A stretch of 57,580 bases of DNA, filler included, from Squatina squatina (lineage: Eukaryota): the NCBI GenBank assembly GCA_031763465.1. It is 3 parts of 3 records of this genome, joined end to end, with 100 filler letters (N's around TTAATTAATTAA, not from the genome) between each part and the next. Parts side by side here need not be neighbours in the genome. Positions count along the whole stretch, not along the records: positions 1 to 22,361 come from JARFOE010000235.1; positions 22,462 to 40,355 come from JARFOE010000001.1; 1 more part is not named here. One strand, given 5' to 3'. Position numbers and translations under genes: made by a program. The number at the start of each line of letters is the position of its first letter. Positions within the stretch are counted from its first letter, which is position 1. The notes below the pieces were generated by a model. The model ran no database searches. It was not told the origin of the DNA and worked only from the letters and a program-made list of their open reading frames with translations. This document shows, one piece after another, positions 13,101 through 27,084 of the stretch.

Positions 13101-14634
13101 GCTGTAAGGATTAAAGCAAATTAATGCAATAGGTTAGATGATAAGCAGCTCCTGGTTAAACCTATTATTATTGCAGCTGTATCCGTTTCTTGAATGCTGC
13201 TGGTGGCAACAGTGTTGGAATATAAATGAGATGGCACCAGTTCCTCTGGTGGCATGGAGACCCCCTTCAAGAGGTTGCCACGGGCTGCCATTTCACTGTG
13301 GCTGCTGGCAGGCAGGATCTCTCAGCCCCCCCTCCCCCTCACACCCAGCAATGTGGCTTTTGGTGATTCACAGAGGAGGGGAAGGTCGTGCGTCAAAACG
13401 TTGGCCTTTGAACCACAGTGGGCATGTGATCTTTTCCATGGGCACTTGATGCCAACACTGGGAATTTGCCGTTAGAATGTAGCACTAGAAGCCAAAATAT
13501 GTTGAATAACAGCTTCAAGGAAAAGTGGATCTACAGTATAAATGTGGCATGAGGTGGATTAACACCAGATTGTACTGTGGCCTGTTGCTAAGGTGATGTT
13601 ATCATAATAAGCCATATCCTGTTACTAAATAATGATGCCATCTAAAGGCTCCCTGTTTGGATTTGTTATGACTAACACCTGTGATGAATAGGCAGAACAT
13701 TAATGCACAAGCAAATGATCAAGATCTGACATTCTACTTTCACTGTTCCTATAATCAGGGCTCTGGTTTTAGTTATATTCTCAGTACAGCAGTTATGCAT
13801 AGTGAAATATTACTCTGCGCACACACACAAACACGCACACAAACACACATATGTTGAATCAAATTTCAAACATTATGAAATGAGACATTTGCACGTCAAT
13901 AATGCTTTCTTTAAGGTATTAAATCAACATTCCATGAGTATGNNNNNNNNNNNNNNNNNNNNNNNNNNNNNNNNNNNNNNNNNNNNNNNNNNNNNNNNNN
14001 NNNNNNNNNNNNNNNNNNNNNNNNNNNNNNNNNNNNNNNNNNCTCTTCCCCAGCGACAGGAAGAGGAAACTCACTGCTGCAGCAAAGTTGTCTGGGGGTG
14101 GCCCAGGAGGTCAACAGCAGGTGCATTGCGCCACAATCCTGGATTCAGTGAAGGAAATGACCTAACTAGATCAGGAAGGATGAGTAGAGTTGCACATCGC
14201 TCCCCTCACTCTGCCTTGTCAAGTCTACTCCACAAGTTATGTTACTCGACTAGTGATCCAGAGGCTTGGACTAATAATCTGGAGAATATGCGTTCAAATC
14301 CCACCATGGCAGTTTGATTTTGCAGATGGGGGGCGGGGGGCAGGGGCACAGTGCTGCTTCTTCTGAAGAGTGAAAGAGCAGCATTGGAACTGTGGAACCA
14401 CTGGGAGCCACGTGGACACTTGAACCTCAGCCTATAGCATGGTTTCACAGAATAGCATGACTGAAACTATTGCCGTTGCTGTTGGTTATGGAGGTGCTTT
14501 GGGCTGCTCCCTGTCAACTAGATCGCAAGCGGCCTAGCATTGCGAGAGACCCAGCTCAAGTGTCTCCATACTGACAAGGTAGTATGTGAGGCAAAGCATG
14601 TTCACTGAGGGTTCGTGGTTTGCCATTTCCATAA

Positions 14635-15100
14635 AAGAAAGGAAGACTTGCATTTCTAGCGCAGCTTACATGACCTCAGGATATCCCATAGCACCTTAGA
14701 GCCTGTGAAGTACTTTTGAAGTGTAGTCACTGCTGTAATGTAGGAAACAGTGACAAATAGTGCAAATAACAGCCAATTTGCACACAAACAACAATGTGAT
14801 AATGACCTGATAATCTGTTTTGGTGATTTTGATTAGGGATAAATATTGGCCAGCACACTGGGGGAGAACTCCCCTGCCCTTCTTCAAAATAGTGCCATGG
14901 GATCTTTTACATCCACCTGAGAGAGCAGACGGGGCCTCAGTTTAACGTCTCAACCAAAAGACAGCACCTCCGACAGAGCAACACTCCCTCAGTGCTGCAC
15001 TGGAGTGTCAACCTAGATTCCTTTGCTCAAGTCTGTGGAGTGGGAACCCACTACCTTCTGACTGAGAAGCAAGAGCGTTACTCTCTGAGCCACGGCTCAC
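14635..15100 (-). mobile_element. Deu-domain SINE (SacSINE1/AmnSINE-like), near full length
   Basis: Reverse of gtgcaaattggctg...cagtgactacacttcaaaagtacttca...tgcaagtctt tail; matches 45893-46200 in opposite orientation; family name from recall. Confidence 0.75.
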
Positions 15101-17633
15101 ACATGGATAGAAACTGTTGGCACAAGAATGATACTAATCAAATGAAATCATTTCTTGAAGTGAAAAGTATATATTGTCACAAATAACAGATATTCTGCAG
15201 TAATTCCGAGAAAATCTCCATGTTCAGGTGGCCGTTATGGATTGCTTGAGCTTTGCTCTCCTGGTTTATGATGTCATCTGGAACCTGTGTTAGATTACTG
15301 CCTGGTAATTAATCACTTCTAGGAAAAAATTATTCACTGGATAAGAGTAGAGTCTTGTTATAAATACCGTTCTACTTGTATGAATCTGTTTATTGGGAAA
15401 ATTACAAGAGGCATTGAGGTTTTAAAGTACAGTCTGCTCAGGAACCAGCCTCTTTCACAACACTCATTGTGTAACATTGCAAATGTTGTATACACAGCAT
15501 GACCGTAACACGCGAGCAGAGAATCTTCCGTTCATTTCCATTCAACATTCTAGAGCTCTCTTTTCTATTTGATTGGATGGACAAATTTAAAGAGGCACCA
15601 TTTTCTTGAAAAAGTTTGGCAAACCTGTTTTTAGTTGTGTAGAAGTTAATTGTGTGTGTCAGATACATCATTCTGAGTCACTGATAAAATTCAATAGAAA
15701 TACTTTTATGGTAATAGATTCACCATTATGAATTTTTCATAAACATTGACTCGGTGGTGGAGTGGTTAGGTTGCGGGACTAGTAATCCAGAGGCTTGGAC
15801 TATTGATCCAGAGATGTGAGTTTAAATCCCACCACAACAGCTGTGGNNNNNNNNNNNNNNNNNNNNNNNNNNNNNNNNNNNNNNNNNNNNNNNNNNNNNN
15901 NNNNNNNNNNNNNNNNNNNNNNNNNNNNNNNNNNNNNNNNNNNNNNGGCATTTCAAACCATTTGGGAAATTTGGGATATCATTAGGATATCTCCAGGCCA
16001 TTTTTTCCCCCACTAAAGATGGATATGGGAATTAGATAAGGGTTAGCCTGTAAACTTCAAAGACTGCACGAGACAGCCTGTTCCTGGGAGGAGCCCACTT
16101 TGAAGTCAAGAGAAAAGGGACCATGACCAAAGTGAGTGTGCGTATTGAGTCAAGGTCAGAGGTAGTAACTGCAGGCCAGATGTTTGCAGCTTGGCTTGTG
16201 TTCACTGCGGTTCAATCACAGCTCTCTGAGGGCCTGTAGGCCTAGTGCAGTTGGCTTCTAACATCATTTTCCCTGTGGGCCTGCATGCAGGGGTAAAGTT
16301 GGCCTGCATGCCTTAGCAAAACATTTCATGTGTTTCTTCACCTGTTTATAATTTACTAGGCGTACGTAGTAAACTGGCCCAGAGAATCAATCACATTTAA
16401 AGCTTCACCCTTCCTCTAAAGCCATGCAACGCCAAAAGGTTCTATCCAAAATGGCTGACAAACCTTCATAAAGTGTAAGAGTCACAGATGAAGCTCATTA
16501 CTAACCATTCACCAAAGTTGTCAGCGTTTCAAAAAAATCTATTTAAAATGAAAGACTTGCATTTATATAGCATCTTTCACGACCACTGGACACCCCAAAG
16601 CGCTTTACAGCCAATGACGNNNNNNNNNNNNNNNNNNNNNNNNNNNNNNNNNNNNNNNNNNNNNNNNNNNNNNNNNNNNNNNNNNNNNNNNNNNNNNNNN
16701 NNNNNNNNNNNNNNNNNNNGTCTGCTGACAATCTGTAAACACGCCACGGTGATTGAATGGTTAAACACTTGTATTGAAAATTTTGTCATGTACTAAAGTC
16801 TGGTACAGCTGTGACCTCTGTCACTGGTAGCATGAATGTTTGACTATCAGAAGGTGCAGACTTATTAGGATAATTGGATCCACCCCAATAATTAGCTAAA
16901 CTACAATATTTTTGATCCACTGGCCGCAAACATTTACTCCTGTGTTCAACTCTATCGGAATCTGCAGCCTGGCATCATCCACGCTTAAAGTACCCGAAAG
17001 TGCAATTTTTCCCCAGAAGTAATTGGGCAGTAAAATTACCTACAGTCCAAATATCTGCCCTTTAATACTTTCTGTTTCTTCATAATACATGCTTTACTGA
17101 CCTCAACATATGTTATAGATTCCTGAGCCATTTTGGCTGGGAAATGGAATTTGCGAAGAATTCATTTAACACATCTGCCATTTCCCGATGCCCTATAATA
17201 TTTCTACCCAACATCCCTTAAAGAACCTCTCTGGTAATTTAGACTCCACAACCTCCATACATCGCTGAAACAAATCTTTTAATTCCTTGTGCTGCTATCA
17301 ACAACCTTCCTTTCGAACGTTCTCTGAAGCTCAGGCTATTTATTTTCAACTGACATTAATCTGACTACGAGTCCTAATTGCTTCTTGGGCTTTAAAAACA
17401 ATTCTTTTGATTATTTTCAATTTCTCCATTCCTGCACTTGAGCACAAAAAATCGAGGCAGACACGCGACCGTGCAGTGCTGAGGGAGTGCTGCACTGTTG
17501 GAGTTGCTGCCTTTCTGATGAGAATTTAAACCGNNNNNNNNNNNNNNNNNNNNNNNNNNNNNNNNNNNNNNNNNNNNNNNNNNNNNNNNNNNNNNNNNNN
17601 NNNNNNNNNNNNNNNNNNNNNNNNNNNNNNNNN

Positions 17634-18338
17634 CTCCGGAGCCGGGACAGTCACCGCCGACCTTGGATCTCATGCTCCTGGCGTGGTATTGGCATTACTG
17701 CACCGGAGATGAAGTGGAGCCCTGTCCGCTTCACTTTCCGGCTGCAAATGGGTTGCACACGTGGTGCTACGTCCAGTGCCACGCTGATTGTGTCAACGCC
17801 GTGCTCTGGATACCAACGCTCTGCAGAAGCTTCGCAGAGCACGGACGTCACAGAAGTCCGCGCCCGTTTCCTTAAAGGGGAGCACCGCCATGCTTCGGAG
17901 TGGTGCTCCGATGGCCACCATGCGCGCCTCAGCCCGGGCTAACGGATGGCGGCCCGGTCGAGGTGAGCGCCGCCATTGGTCGGCCAACCAAAGAGTCATC
18001 CGACAGAAAAATATTGCGGCCGGCGGTGCAAAGGCCCTCCCCTTTACAGCTCGCGAAGCTGTTGGTACCATCGCCGGCAGCGGGTCTTGCGCTCCGCCGG
18101 GTAATTTCCCCCATGGGGTGCAAAGGGGTCACCGCAGGGCAGTAAGGGGTCAATGCACACACTTCTGCCATGGCGCGGCGAAATTCACGGGGCAAGCGCA
18201 GCGCATAGGCCCTTGCACCTCAGCCACCTCACAGGGAATTCCCCGGGAGGTGAGATCACCGCTCCGCCCCGACGAATATGATTTTATCGCCCCCTCTAAG
18301 GCGCTAACGGGGTGAAAACGAAGAGCAATTTCACCCCC
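17634..18338. mobile_element. GC/CpG-rich non-autonomous DNA transposon, Harbinger-like
   Basis: Ends in TIR-like caatttcaccccc; related GC-rich elements at 6480-6660, 9228-9508, 10940-11040, 36392-36720, 39953-40345. Confidence 0.6.
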
Positions 18339-19224
18339 TCAATTTTTGTCGTTCTATTTCCTACCCTCAACTTAGTCCTCCCAAGATCTTCTCTCACACT
18401 CCCAGACGTTGCTCTTCTAAATTCTTGCAAGGCTGTGATTATTATTTTTGGCCTTATCCTATATTACAACAAATTTGACTATTCAGCAATCACTTGCACT
18501 CAAGTGCATGTGCACTTCCAGGTTATTAATCATTTCTGGTAGACTGTTCAACACTAACCTAATATAGTATCCAGCCTCGTAGCCCGTTTCGCATATTTTG
18601 TTAAGAAGCAGTCACTCACTGCATCTAATTAATCTGTTTTTACTTTCATCCTGTCCTTTCACTCGACCGCAATCTGTACACTTTACCTCTGGGATGTTGA
18701 AATGCCCCATGGCTATCATTTTAGGATTCATTGCAGCCTCTCCTCCTTGCTAAACAACTGATTGGCGACCTGTTCACGTTGAGCTGGTGGTTGATAGAAC
18801 CTGACAGTTATTACTCTGCTGCACCTATTAGTTCCATTGCTAAAATATTATCTCTTTTGCTGTTAAATCCACGCTTTAGACAGTTCATTCCTTACTAATC
18901 AATGCCATTAGCCCCATCTGTCTTAATGTATATTCTTTGTTAAATATTGCACACCTTTTTAGCAGCATCTCAATCCCATCTTCTGCTCGTTGCCATTTCT
19001 TGTGAGATCAGTAGTTTTCCATATCTCCCAATCCAATACGTGCTCCTTGCATTAGTATAGCTCACCGCTTCTTGAATTCAATTATTTTTGCCTCAAACAA
19101 CCTTATTTTCTTCTGTTGCCTTGCCAACAATCACCACTTGCTCATCTATGTTTATCCATGTCTCTGACCACTCCTCTTCCACATTGAGTTCAAACAAATC
19201 TCAGTTACTAGTACAATATTCGAC

Positions 19225-19600
19225 AAGAACATAAGAAATAGGAGCCATTTTGCCCCTCGAGTCTGCTCCACCATTTAATGAGATCATGGCTGATCTGATC
19301 TTGGCCTCAACTCCACTTTCCTGCCTGTTCCCCAGAACCCTTGACTCCCAGTAGTTCAAAAATCTCTCTCTCTCAGCCTTGAATATATTCAATGACTCAG
19401 CCTCCACAGCNNNNNNNNNNNNNNNNNNNNNNNNNNNNNNNNNNNNNNNNNNNNNNNNNNNNNNNNNNNNNNNNNNNNNNNNNNNNNNNNNNNNNNNNNN
19501 NNNNNNNNNNACTGTCAACCCTTTCAGTATCACTCGCCAGTCTATCCTAGCCAATTCACGTCTCATACCATTAAAGTTACCTTTCTTTAAGTTTAGAACG
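19225..19600 (-). mobile_element. CR1-type LINE fragments either side of a gap
   Basis: AVEAESLNIFKAERERFL and RRELARIDWRVILKG motifs; acataagaa-type tail. Confidence 0.8.
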
Positions 19601-22361
19601 CTTGCCTCTGTCCTCCAAACAATAAAAAATGCAAAATCTTAGGTGTTGATTTCAAATGTTTAATGGGGTGACAGGTGGCTGTGGGTCAGCTCATCTATTT
19701 TACCATTGATTACAGTGGAGAAGAAATTTGGATGGGGGTTAAAATCGGATGGGGTGTAAAACGTGCATCGGACCCGCTGCTGCCCATTTCCTGCCGCTTT
19801 TTACTAACTTCCTAGTAGTGAAACAACATAACACATTCCTCTTTGGCCAGGTCTCGTGAAGCAGGGAGCTAATGATTACAGAAAAAGCTCCAGCACTTAC
19901 ACAACTCATATAATTGCCGGCGATTGCCAATTAAGTCAACCTAACGAAAAACGTTTAAAGGAACCTCGATAAATCCGATTCAGATTTTGTTGCTGGTCAT
20001 GGTGATGCACTCCAGTCCCTCTGGTCGCGGAAGGCCTCGAGCGTACCAGCGGACACCGCGCGCTCCATCTTCAGGGGACGTCCGGGCACCAACGTCAGCT
20101 CCTACACAAACGTTCTGGCTCCATCGAAAGATGAAATGGATTGCTCTGAATGGCCAGGTAATTATGATGATGCTAAACTTGAGATAACAACTTCCTTTCA
20201 AAACAATGAATAATGAATTTGCTGATTTTCATCAATCTGCAAACTCACATATATTATCATCTCGAGATAAAAGGAAAGTGGAATTCCGTGGGGGTTGCAA
20301 CAGGAGACTGGGGAACCCCCGGGAAAAATGACAGAACTGGCTATGTGTGCTTTATTTGCACTCCCTCTGCAAAGCAGTGACAACCCCTTTTATTGAGCTT
20401 TTTGTTAGGATTTACTGTTACAAAGCGACTGAGATCTAATGAATTTGCTGATCTGTATTGGAAAATACTGAAACCCAAATGAATTACACAGCACCCTGAG
20501 AGTCCATGGGCAGATCGCGTGTGATTGAGGTGCATGCACTCCAAGTTGTATGAACCTAGTTCAATATATATGTGTTTGAATGAAAAATTTAATTTTACTT
20601 CAGAACCTACTGTTGCATTAATAGGGCAAAATAACCCAGAGTTGATGGGGGAAACAAGTTGACAAGGCAATAGATCAGGAAACTAAATGGCTATTTCTGT
20701 TTGAACACAGCCCCTAGTAGGGCCGACCCTCTGTGAAATGTGCTCCGGGAGCTTCCTGCTGTGAAACGGGCGAAAACCAAACCAGCGATGGAATGAGATC
20801 TAAGGGACTAGCTACAACCTCCTGATGTGAGCACTATAATAAAAGGTCTCTTTGCGCTGAATTTTTCTCATTTGTGAAATCTCTTTTTAGTTCCCTCTTC
20901 TTGAGGCTATATTCAAATGTAAATGTCTTTTGTTGGGCTGATCTATTACTTTTGAAAAAATCACTTCACTATCAAAGAATCTGTCTTATTCAGCTTTGTT
21001 AATTCATTATACCATAACATGATATGCACCCTAATGTATAAATGGATTTTTTTTTTCCGCCGAAAAGATGGTTTGCACATAAGAAAACACACAGCGCTCT
21101 TCCCCCGGCCCAGTACACACAGGATGATCTATTCATTGGGGCCAGCAGGATTTTTAAACTGGTCTACTGGGTCAGACAAAGATTGTGCTGCAGGTGGGAA
21201 GGCAGCAGAGTGTAAGCATTTAAAGTCCAAAGCACTGGAAAGAATGCAGACTTTTTCCAGCCGCAACCATTTCTGTGACCGTGCTTGTTACTAGGCCTGA
21301 GCTATGGAGTTGTATTCATTTAGAAGTGGCCCTTTTACACACAGCCACAAGCCGGCAGGTCCCACTGACTCTCTCCTCCCTACTTAACACGGCACCCCAC
21401 CTGACTCTAGTCCAGCTGACTCCGGGGAGGGCTGTGAGATAAGGTTGGAGATTTGCTGTACAGCCNNNNNNNNNNNNNNNNNNNNNNNNNNNNNNNNNNN
21501 NNNNNNNNNNNNNNNNNNNNNNNNNNNNNNNNNNNNNNNNNNNNNNNNNNNNNNNNNNNNNNNNNCCCTCAGCTTAAGACCCCAGCTTGGCCACCTTGGA
21601 GGCTCTTTAGTTTCTAAAGTATTCGTCAAGAATTGACCGCCCCCCCACCTTTATAAATGTAAGTCATTCTTAATGCAGGCGGTTTATATTATGACTAACA
21701 CAAACAATTGATATTATCGCATTTAAAAACTAAGGAAACAAAACAGACTGGCCTAATCTATTTTATTTCTTTCCCTAGTTTTGAAATAAAAGTTTCAGAT
21801 AAAGGTCTGAGGCAGGGAGGCACAGCTGTAAGCTTCAACATACTTACGACAACATACGCGCTTAAACGGGAAAACACAAAGGAGGACACAAAGAAAGGGC
21901 TCACAGATCTAAATGTGTTCTTTCACTTCAAAGCAGCAATGAGAAAAGTTGTATTAAAGCCGTCACAACATAATCCCAGGGGAATGACATGTTTGGTTAG
22001 CAGCATGACAAGAGATTGGCACTGTGCTTCTGTTGAATCTGCACTTTGATTTATAGGTTTATGAACTTGGTCAGAAGAATAGAACATAAAAGGGAAGAGA
22101 AGGATTTCAACATCGGATTCCAGTGGAGAGAAAACGCTGACTGGCTGATGCCATTGGACTGAATAAAATTGCTCAATAATCTTCACAAAGGCAGCCGCAT
22201 TCTGGGCACTTGTTTGCAGTTAACCTCCCTCTACCTGGTGATTGGTCAGCAACCTTTAAAAAGAAAGACTTACATTTAAATAGCGCCTTTCACAACCTCA
22301 AGACATCTCAAAGCGCTTTACAGCCAATTAAGTACTTTTGAAGTGCAGTTACTGTTGTATT

Positions 22362-22461
22362 NNNNNNNNNNNNNNNNNNNNNNNNNNNNNNNNNNNNNNN
22401 NNNNNTTAATTAATTAANNNNNNNNNNNNNNNNNNNNNNNNNNNNNNNNNNNNNNNNNNNN
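22362..22461. other. Artificial scaffold linker 44N-TTAATTAATTAA-44N
   Basis: Exact 100-bp construct with stops in all six frames; identical to 40356-40455; cuts the LNX1 exon. Confidence 0.93.
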
Positions 22462-22787
22462 TGACGAAGATCGTGTCCATTGATGGCCAGTACTCGGTCA
22501 TTCACTTGCAGCTGGCCATCTTGGGCAGCTAGGCCTCCTTCAAGTAAATTAAATATAAAAACTCCAGATTCATCAGACCTGCGGACCAACTTTATTCCCA
22601 GCTGTTGATCAGCACTCTTGTGGAGAATAACATGGAAGCTGTCATCTCTGGAGCAGTTACTTTCAATACTGCTTCTACACTTATAGAGCTGTTCTCGGAG
22701 CACACTCAGCAGCAGAGTCTGGCAGGGCTGTTTCAATACTGCCAGTGCATAGTTATGAGGTACACTTTTTATGTCAGTTCCATTTAC
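22462..22787 (-). CDS. LNX1: LNX1 exon encoding end of PDZ1 and most of PDZ2 (truncated by gap)
   Basis: [23 protein letters not shown]...[24 protein letters not shown]...[13 protein letters not shown]; ttttgtccag acceptor; PHNYA and RDDSFHVIL match LNX1. Confidence 0.9.
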
Positions 22788-23319
22788 CTGGACAAAAAAA
22801 ATTATAATCATAAACACAAAAATAAATCATTAAGACACTGAAATCTGAGGGAATATTATACATTTAAAAAGATTTTCAGTAGCGTTTTATGGTAAGCTGG
22901 AGTGCACACTGTTTTATAACAGGGGTGCTTTAATCAATATAAACAAAAAATGCTGGAAAACTCAACAGATCAGGACTACTATTGATCGAGGTGTTTAAAG
23001 TTGTTAATGGATAGGACAGAATAGATAGAAATAGACTATATTAGATTAAAGTGTAAGCAGTTTAGGACAGAGGGCAGGAGAAACTATTTGACAGGATTGT
23101 GAGGTTGTGCAATGCACTGCTGGCCTTAGCGATTTGAAGGAGAAACCATGTCAACTTTTATGTCTAGATTAGATAGGGGTTGAAGGAAAGGGGAACAAAG
23201 AAATATGAGAGCAGGCACATGGGATTGGGACTACTGCTCATGTGGATTCTGAAGACCAACACAGACTATTTCCATGTTATAATTTCTATGTAATTCTATG
23301 ATTGAGCAAATGGGGAGAA

Positions 23320-23522
23320 GGATGGAGTTGGTGGCAGGGGCACAGAGTTCTTGGTGGGAGACAAGATGGCTTCAGTTATCACGACGTTCAGCTATCAAAT
23401 ATTGTAGCTCATCCACAGCTTGTTGTCGGACAGTCAGTCTGATAACACTGATGTGATGGTGGGATTAAGAAGGACGGTGGGAAGGTAGAGCTGGGTGTCA
23501 TCGGTATACTTCATGGAAACTG
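23320..23522 (-). mobile_element. Degraded L2/CR1-clade RT fragment
   Basis: KYTDDTQLYL (YADD-like RT motif). Confidence 0.6.
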
Positions 23523-25927
23523 NNNNNNNNNNNNNNNNNNNNNNNNNNNNNNNNNNNNNNNNNNNNNNNNNNNNNNNNNNNNNNNNNNNNNNNNNNNNNN
23601 NNNNNNNNNNNNNNNNNNNNNNGAGTCCTGTAGTCTCCACAAGGTCAGCCAGACCATCGGGCTGTTTTCCACTTATGCCCTCTATCAATAGTGACTGCAA
23701 ACAGAGGGATAATCAGTTTCATCAGCCCTGGGGTCAGACAGGTGACAATCAACTAACGATCAAAATAATAAGCTTCTCATGACTAGTAGTTTCCTGTAAC
23801 CTCAGATAACTGGTGCAGTTCTTAAAATGGTTTCAGATTCCCAGTTTCTGGCCTGACTACCACAAACTCCTCTTGTATCATAACTGCACAAAACTGAACA
23901 GAAGAAGAAAAAGAACAAGTGCATCATTGATATTTCTTTAACATTCCCTTTCATCAAAATGTTAAACATTTTTTTAAAAATTCAATGAAAACATGAAATT
24001 AAAACATGTAATTGAAGAATAACTGGCAATAATTTGCACACATTAATGATGTGTACCAAGTGTGTTTCCATTTACATAACTTTTCCTTGAAGTTTTGCAT
24101 CGGACTGCAATGTTATGTCCCAGGAAGGGTGAACCAGTTTACATGTCCAATTATCAATTGCTTCATACTGTATGGGATCATGAAATAGAAAGCATTATTA
24201 TCTAGGATGTCCATAGGGGTGCTACTAATCCACTTCAGTGCCCCTGGGCTAAGTAAGAAGTAAAAAAAAAAATCAGCAACGGCTCCCATTTCCAATAATA
24301 TTTATTCAGTAACTCTGTTGGAAAGTNNNNNNNNNNNNNNNNNNNNNNNNNNNNNNNNNNNNNNNNNNNNNNNNNNNNNNNNNNNNNNNNNNNNNNNNNN
24401 NNNNNNNNNNNNNNNNNNNNNNNNNNCCGTAGCCTGATCCTGCCCTCATCCCAAATCCACACTGATGTTGAAATAATTATATTGAGAATGTGATTCCCAC
24501 ACTGCGCAGCCACATAACCAATCGATGGATGCAAACAGCTCACATAACAATAAGGCCGCATGACTTTTTAAAAAGTTAAAACAAACAATGCTAAATGCTG
24601 TATGTTTTTCAAAAAGCAAAAAACAGGGTTCTGAACTCCACTGGGAGAACACTGGTTAAAGCATCCTTGTAAAATTCCCTTCTGCGCTACTTTGCACAGT
24701 TAAGTTGCTTGTTTCAAAAGGTTAATGACTGCATTAAAATAGCACATAAAGGAATTTTCTGCAGATGTGTTAACTAGTGCTTTGCAAAGAGAGAATTAAA
24801 CCCCAGATGGCAATCAATAATTAGAAACTCTCCCAGGAATAGTCCAATGTCTGCAGTGCGGTCTCTGATGAATGACACACAAGCCACAAAATTGCAAGAT
24901 TTTGCCACTGCCTGGCCATTAAACTCTAACTGTAGTCTGGGAATTTTGAGCTACAATCTTTATCATAGTCAAGCTAACTAAATTACTACCCACAGCCACA
25001 TACCTCTAATCAGATTGCTTTTTGTTTTAGGATAGTCACTGGATTCCTAACCAAAGCTTTCACACAGAGTGCAAAGAATAAAATTTACTGCCCTCAAGGT
25101 TTAACTAGTTGCAAATTTTCTCTCAGAATCTGCAACTGTGCTAAGAGGCAGAAGCAGCTGCCACTAATTTTAGTTCATGTTCATTAGGAAACTGACACTG
25201 GACTGGGATGTAAAATAAAAGATAAATGTTGACACCGAGAACTGGATATACTTGTGACAAAAATAAGTAGTCTTACTATAACATTGCATCTTTTTGACTC
25301 CTTTAATTCAGTCACACTACACAACGGGTTAAAAACCAACTTAATTCTTCAAAATACACCAGGATATGTTTTCCAATGCAATAGTTTTGCCTGAGCTGAA
25401 AGTCTAAGGGATAAACTACGCCATTCAATTCAGTTTAAATACTAACATTGCGTGGGATCAAAGACATACTTGATTGGCTGCTCCTTTGGAGTTTAACAGA
25501 ATTATGCAAATGTTACTGAACTCTTTGGAAGGAGATGGGCCAGAGAGTTTCCTTCAGTTAGCACGACAAAAAAAAAATCAGCCAATACCATCGACGACAA
25601 CAATTGAAAGCTAGATTGTTTCATGCACATGATGACCTGAAAGGCTAATTTTGTAGAGGGGGGAGCGGGACACAAATACAAAACATAGACCAATACACAC
25701 ACAATAGATCTTTACTACTAGAAAGGATTGCGACTCAAATGATTTCCGGTCAATATTAACTTATATTAAACTTCTAAAAATTTCTAAGTTAGTTGCAGGA
25801 TATTGCTGCTTTGATCAAACAGCAGCATTTCCAGGACACGATTGACAGATTGGCTGTAATGCCAACAGTTGAATCATTTCTTAGTAAATTTGTTTGGACA
25901 TGTTCTCCATCGGCCAATTGGACTTAC

Positions 25928-26319
25928 CTGCGATGTAAATGAGTTTCCAGCTCACAGCGTTGCAAGACTTCAGTGCAGTGTTCTTTAAATGGGCAGAAGA
26001 CCAATACTTTATCCAGCAGTTTATGCACCAGGAAGCTTGACTTCTTGCACACCTTCAGACACAAGGGCTTGCGATCCATGGGGCAGAAATCTTTGGCCAG
26101 TAGAAAGTTGGTAAGGCACAAAGTGCAAAAGGTGTGACCACATGGCGTATCCAGTGGCTGCACTAAGGGCTGTAGGCAGATGTGACATATGAGGTCGTCA
26201 TCTATTTCATCCCGGTAATTAAATGAATGATTTTCCTGAGGCAGGTGTGGTTGTCCACAACAAATACAAAGAGTCAGTGGAGTAGAATCCAAATCCACTG
26301 CAGGCTCACTCTGGCTCAT
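25928..26319 (-). CDS. LNX1: E3 ubiquitin ligase LNX1, first coding exon (Zn-RING-Zn region)
   Basis: C3HC4 [46 protein letters not shown]; [17 protein letters not shown] and [13 protein letters not shown] resemble LNX1 more than LNX2; exon starts at 26409 (ttctttcag acceptor, 90-nt UTR); donor gtaagt at 25927. Confidence 0.9.
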
Positions 26320-26735
26320 ATTCCCACAGTATGATGCTCAGTGAAAGCAAGTTCCAAATGAACGTTTGACAATTATGTAGATCGGCGAGTTTCAGGATAA
26401 ATCCCACAACTGAAAGAAACAAAATGGATATAGAAAATTAAAGAAGTTAATTTTTTTTCTTTTTATTTCTGACTCTGTTCCTCTCACTCATAATCCAATC
26501 TTTCTTTCACTCTCTTTATTTCTCTTTCTGTAGCTGATTTGACATTGAATTCACCTGCTTTATTTCACCTTCCTTCTCAGTCCTGCCACTGTTTATTTCC
26601 CAATCCCTGAATCTCATTTGTTATGGCCATACGTTGATGGCCTGTAGCTTAAGGGCCCAGATGCCCTGTTTCCCTTGCAGATGCCGTTAGATGCCCAGCT
26701 ACATCAAATTGTGGCCCCTTAATACATAGCTAAAT

Positions 26736-27084
26736 TAGAGTCATAGAGTCATAATGGCACAGAAGGAGGCCATTCGGCCCATCGAGTCCATGCTGGCTCT
26801 CTGTCGAGCAATCCAGTCAGTCCCATTCCCCCACTCTCCCTGTAGCCGTGCAAGTTGATTTCCCTCAAGTGCCTATCCAATTTCCTTTAGAAATCATTGA
26901 TCGTCTCCACTTCCACCACCCTTGTCCGCAGCGAGTTCCAGGTCATCACCACTCGCTGTGCAAAAATGTTCTTCCTCACCTCCCCCCTGTATCTATTGCC
27001 CAAAACCTTCAATCTGTGTCCCCTAGTCCTTGTACCATCAGCTAATGGAAGCAACTTTTCTTTGTCTATCTTATCAAAACCTGT
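26736..27084 (-). mobile_element. CR1-type LINE 3' end
   Basis: ORF2 C-terminus GFDKIDKEKLLPLADGTRTRGHRLKV...QRVVMTWNSL plus (tagagtca)n tail. Confidence 0.85.

Noticed and set aside
15752-15846. tRNA gene
   Set aside because: A/B-box-like head is interrupted and recurs in several dispersed copies: SINE head, not a tRNA cloverleaf
17788-18315. 175-aa plus-strand ORF and overlapping ORFs
   Set aside because: Lies inside a GC-rich MITE-like element where stops are scarce; no recognisable domain or splice structure
1-22361. FIP1L1 3' end or remaining LNX1 exons expected from human synteny
   Set aside because: No matching coding sequence found, and this block is separated from LNX1 by an artificial linker
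22406-22417. TTAATTAATTAA as a regulatory palindrome or piggyBac site
   Set aside because: Centred between exactly 44 N on each side, twice: assembly linker
24427-24620. Possible alternative first exon of the LNX1 p70 isoform
   Set aside because: No frame resembles the p70 N-terminus as I recall it (MKALLLLVLPWLSPANY...)
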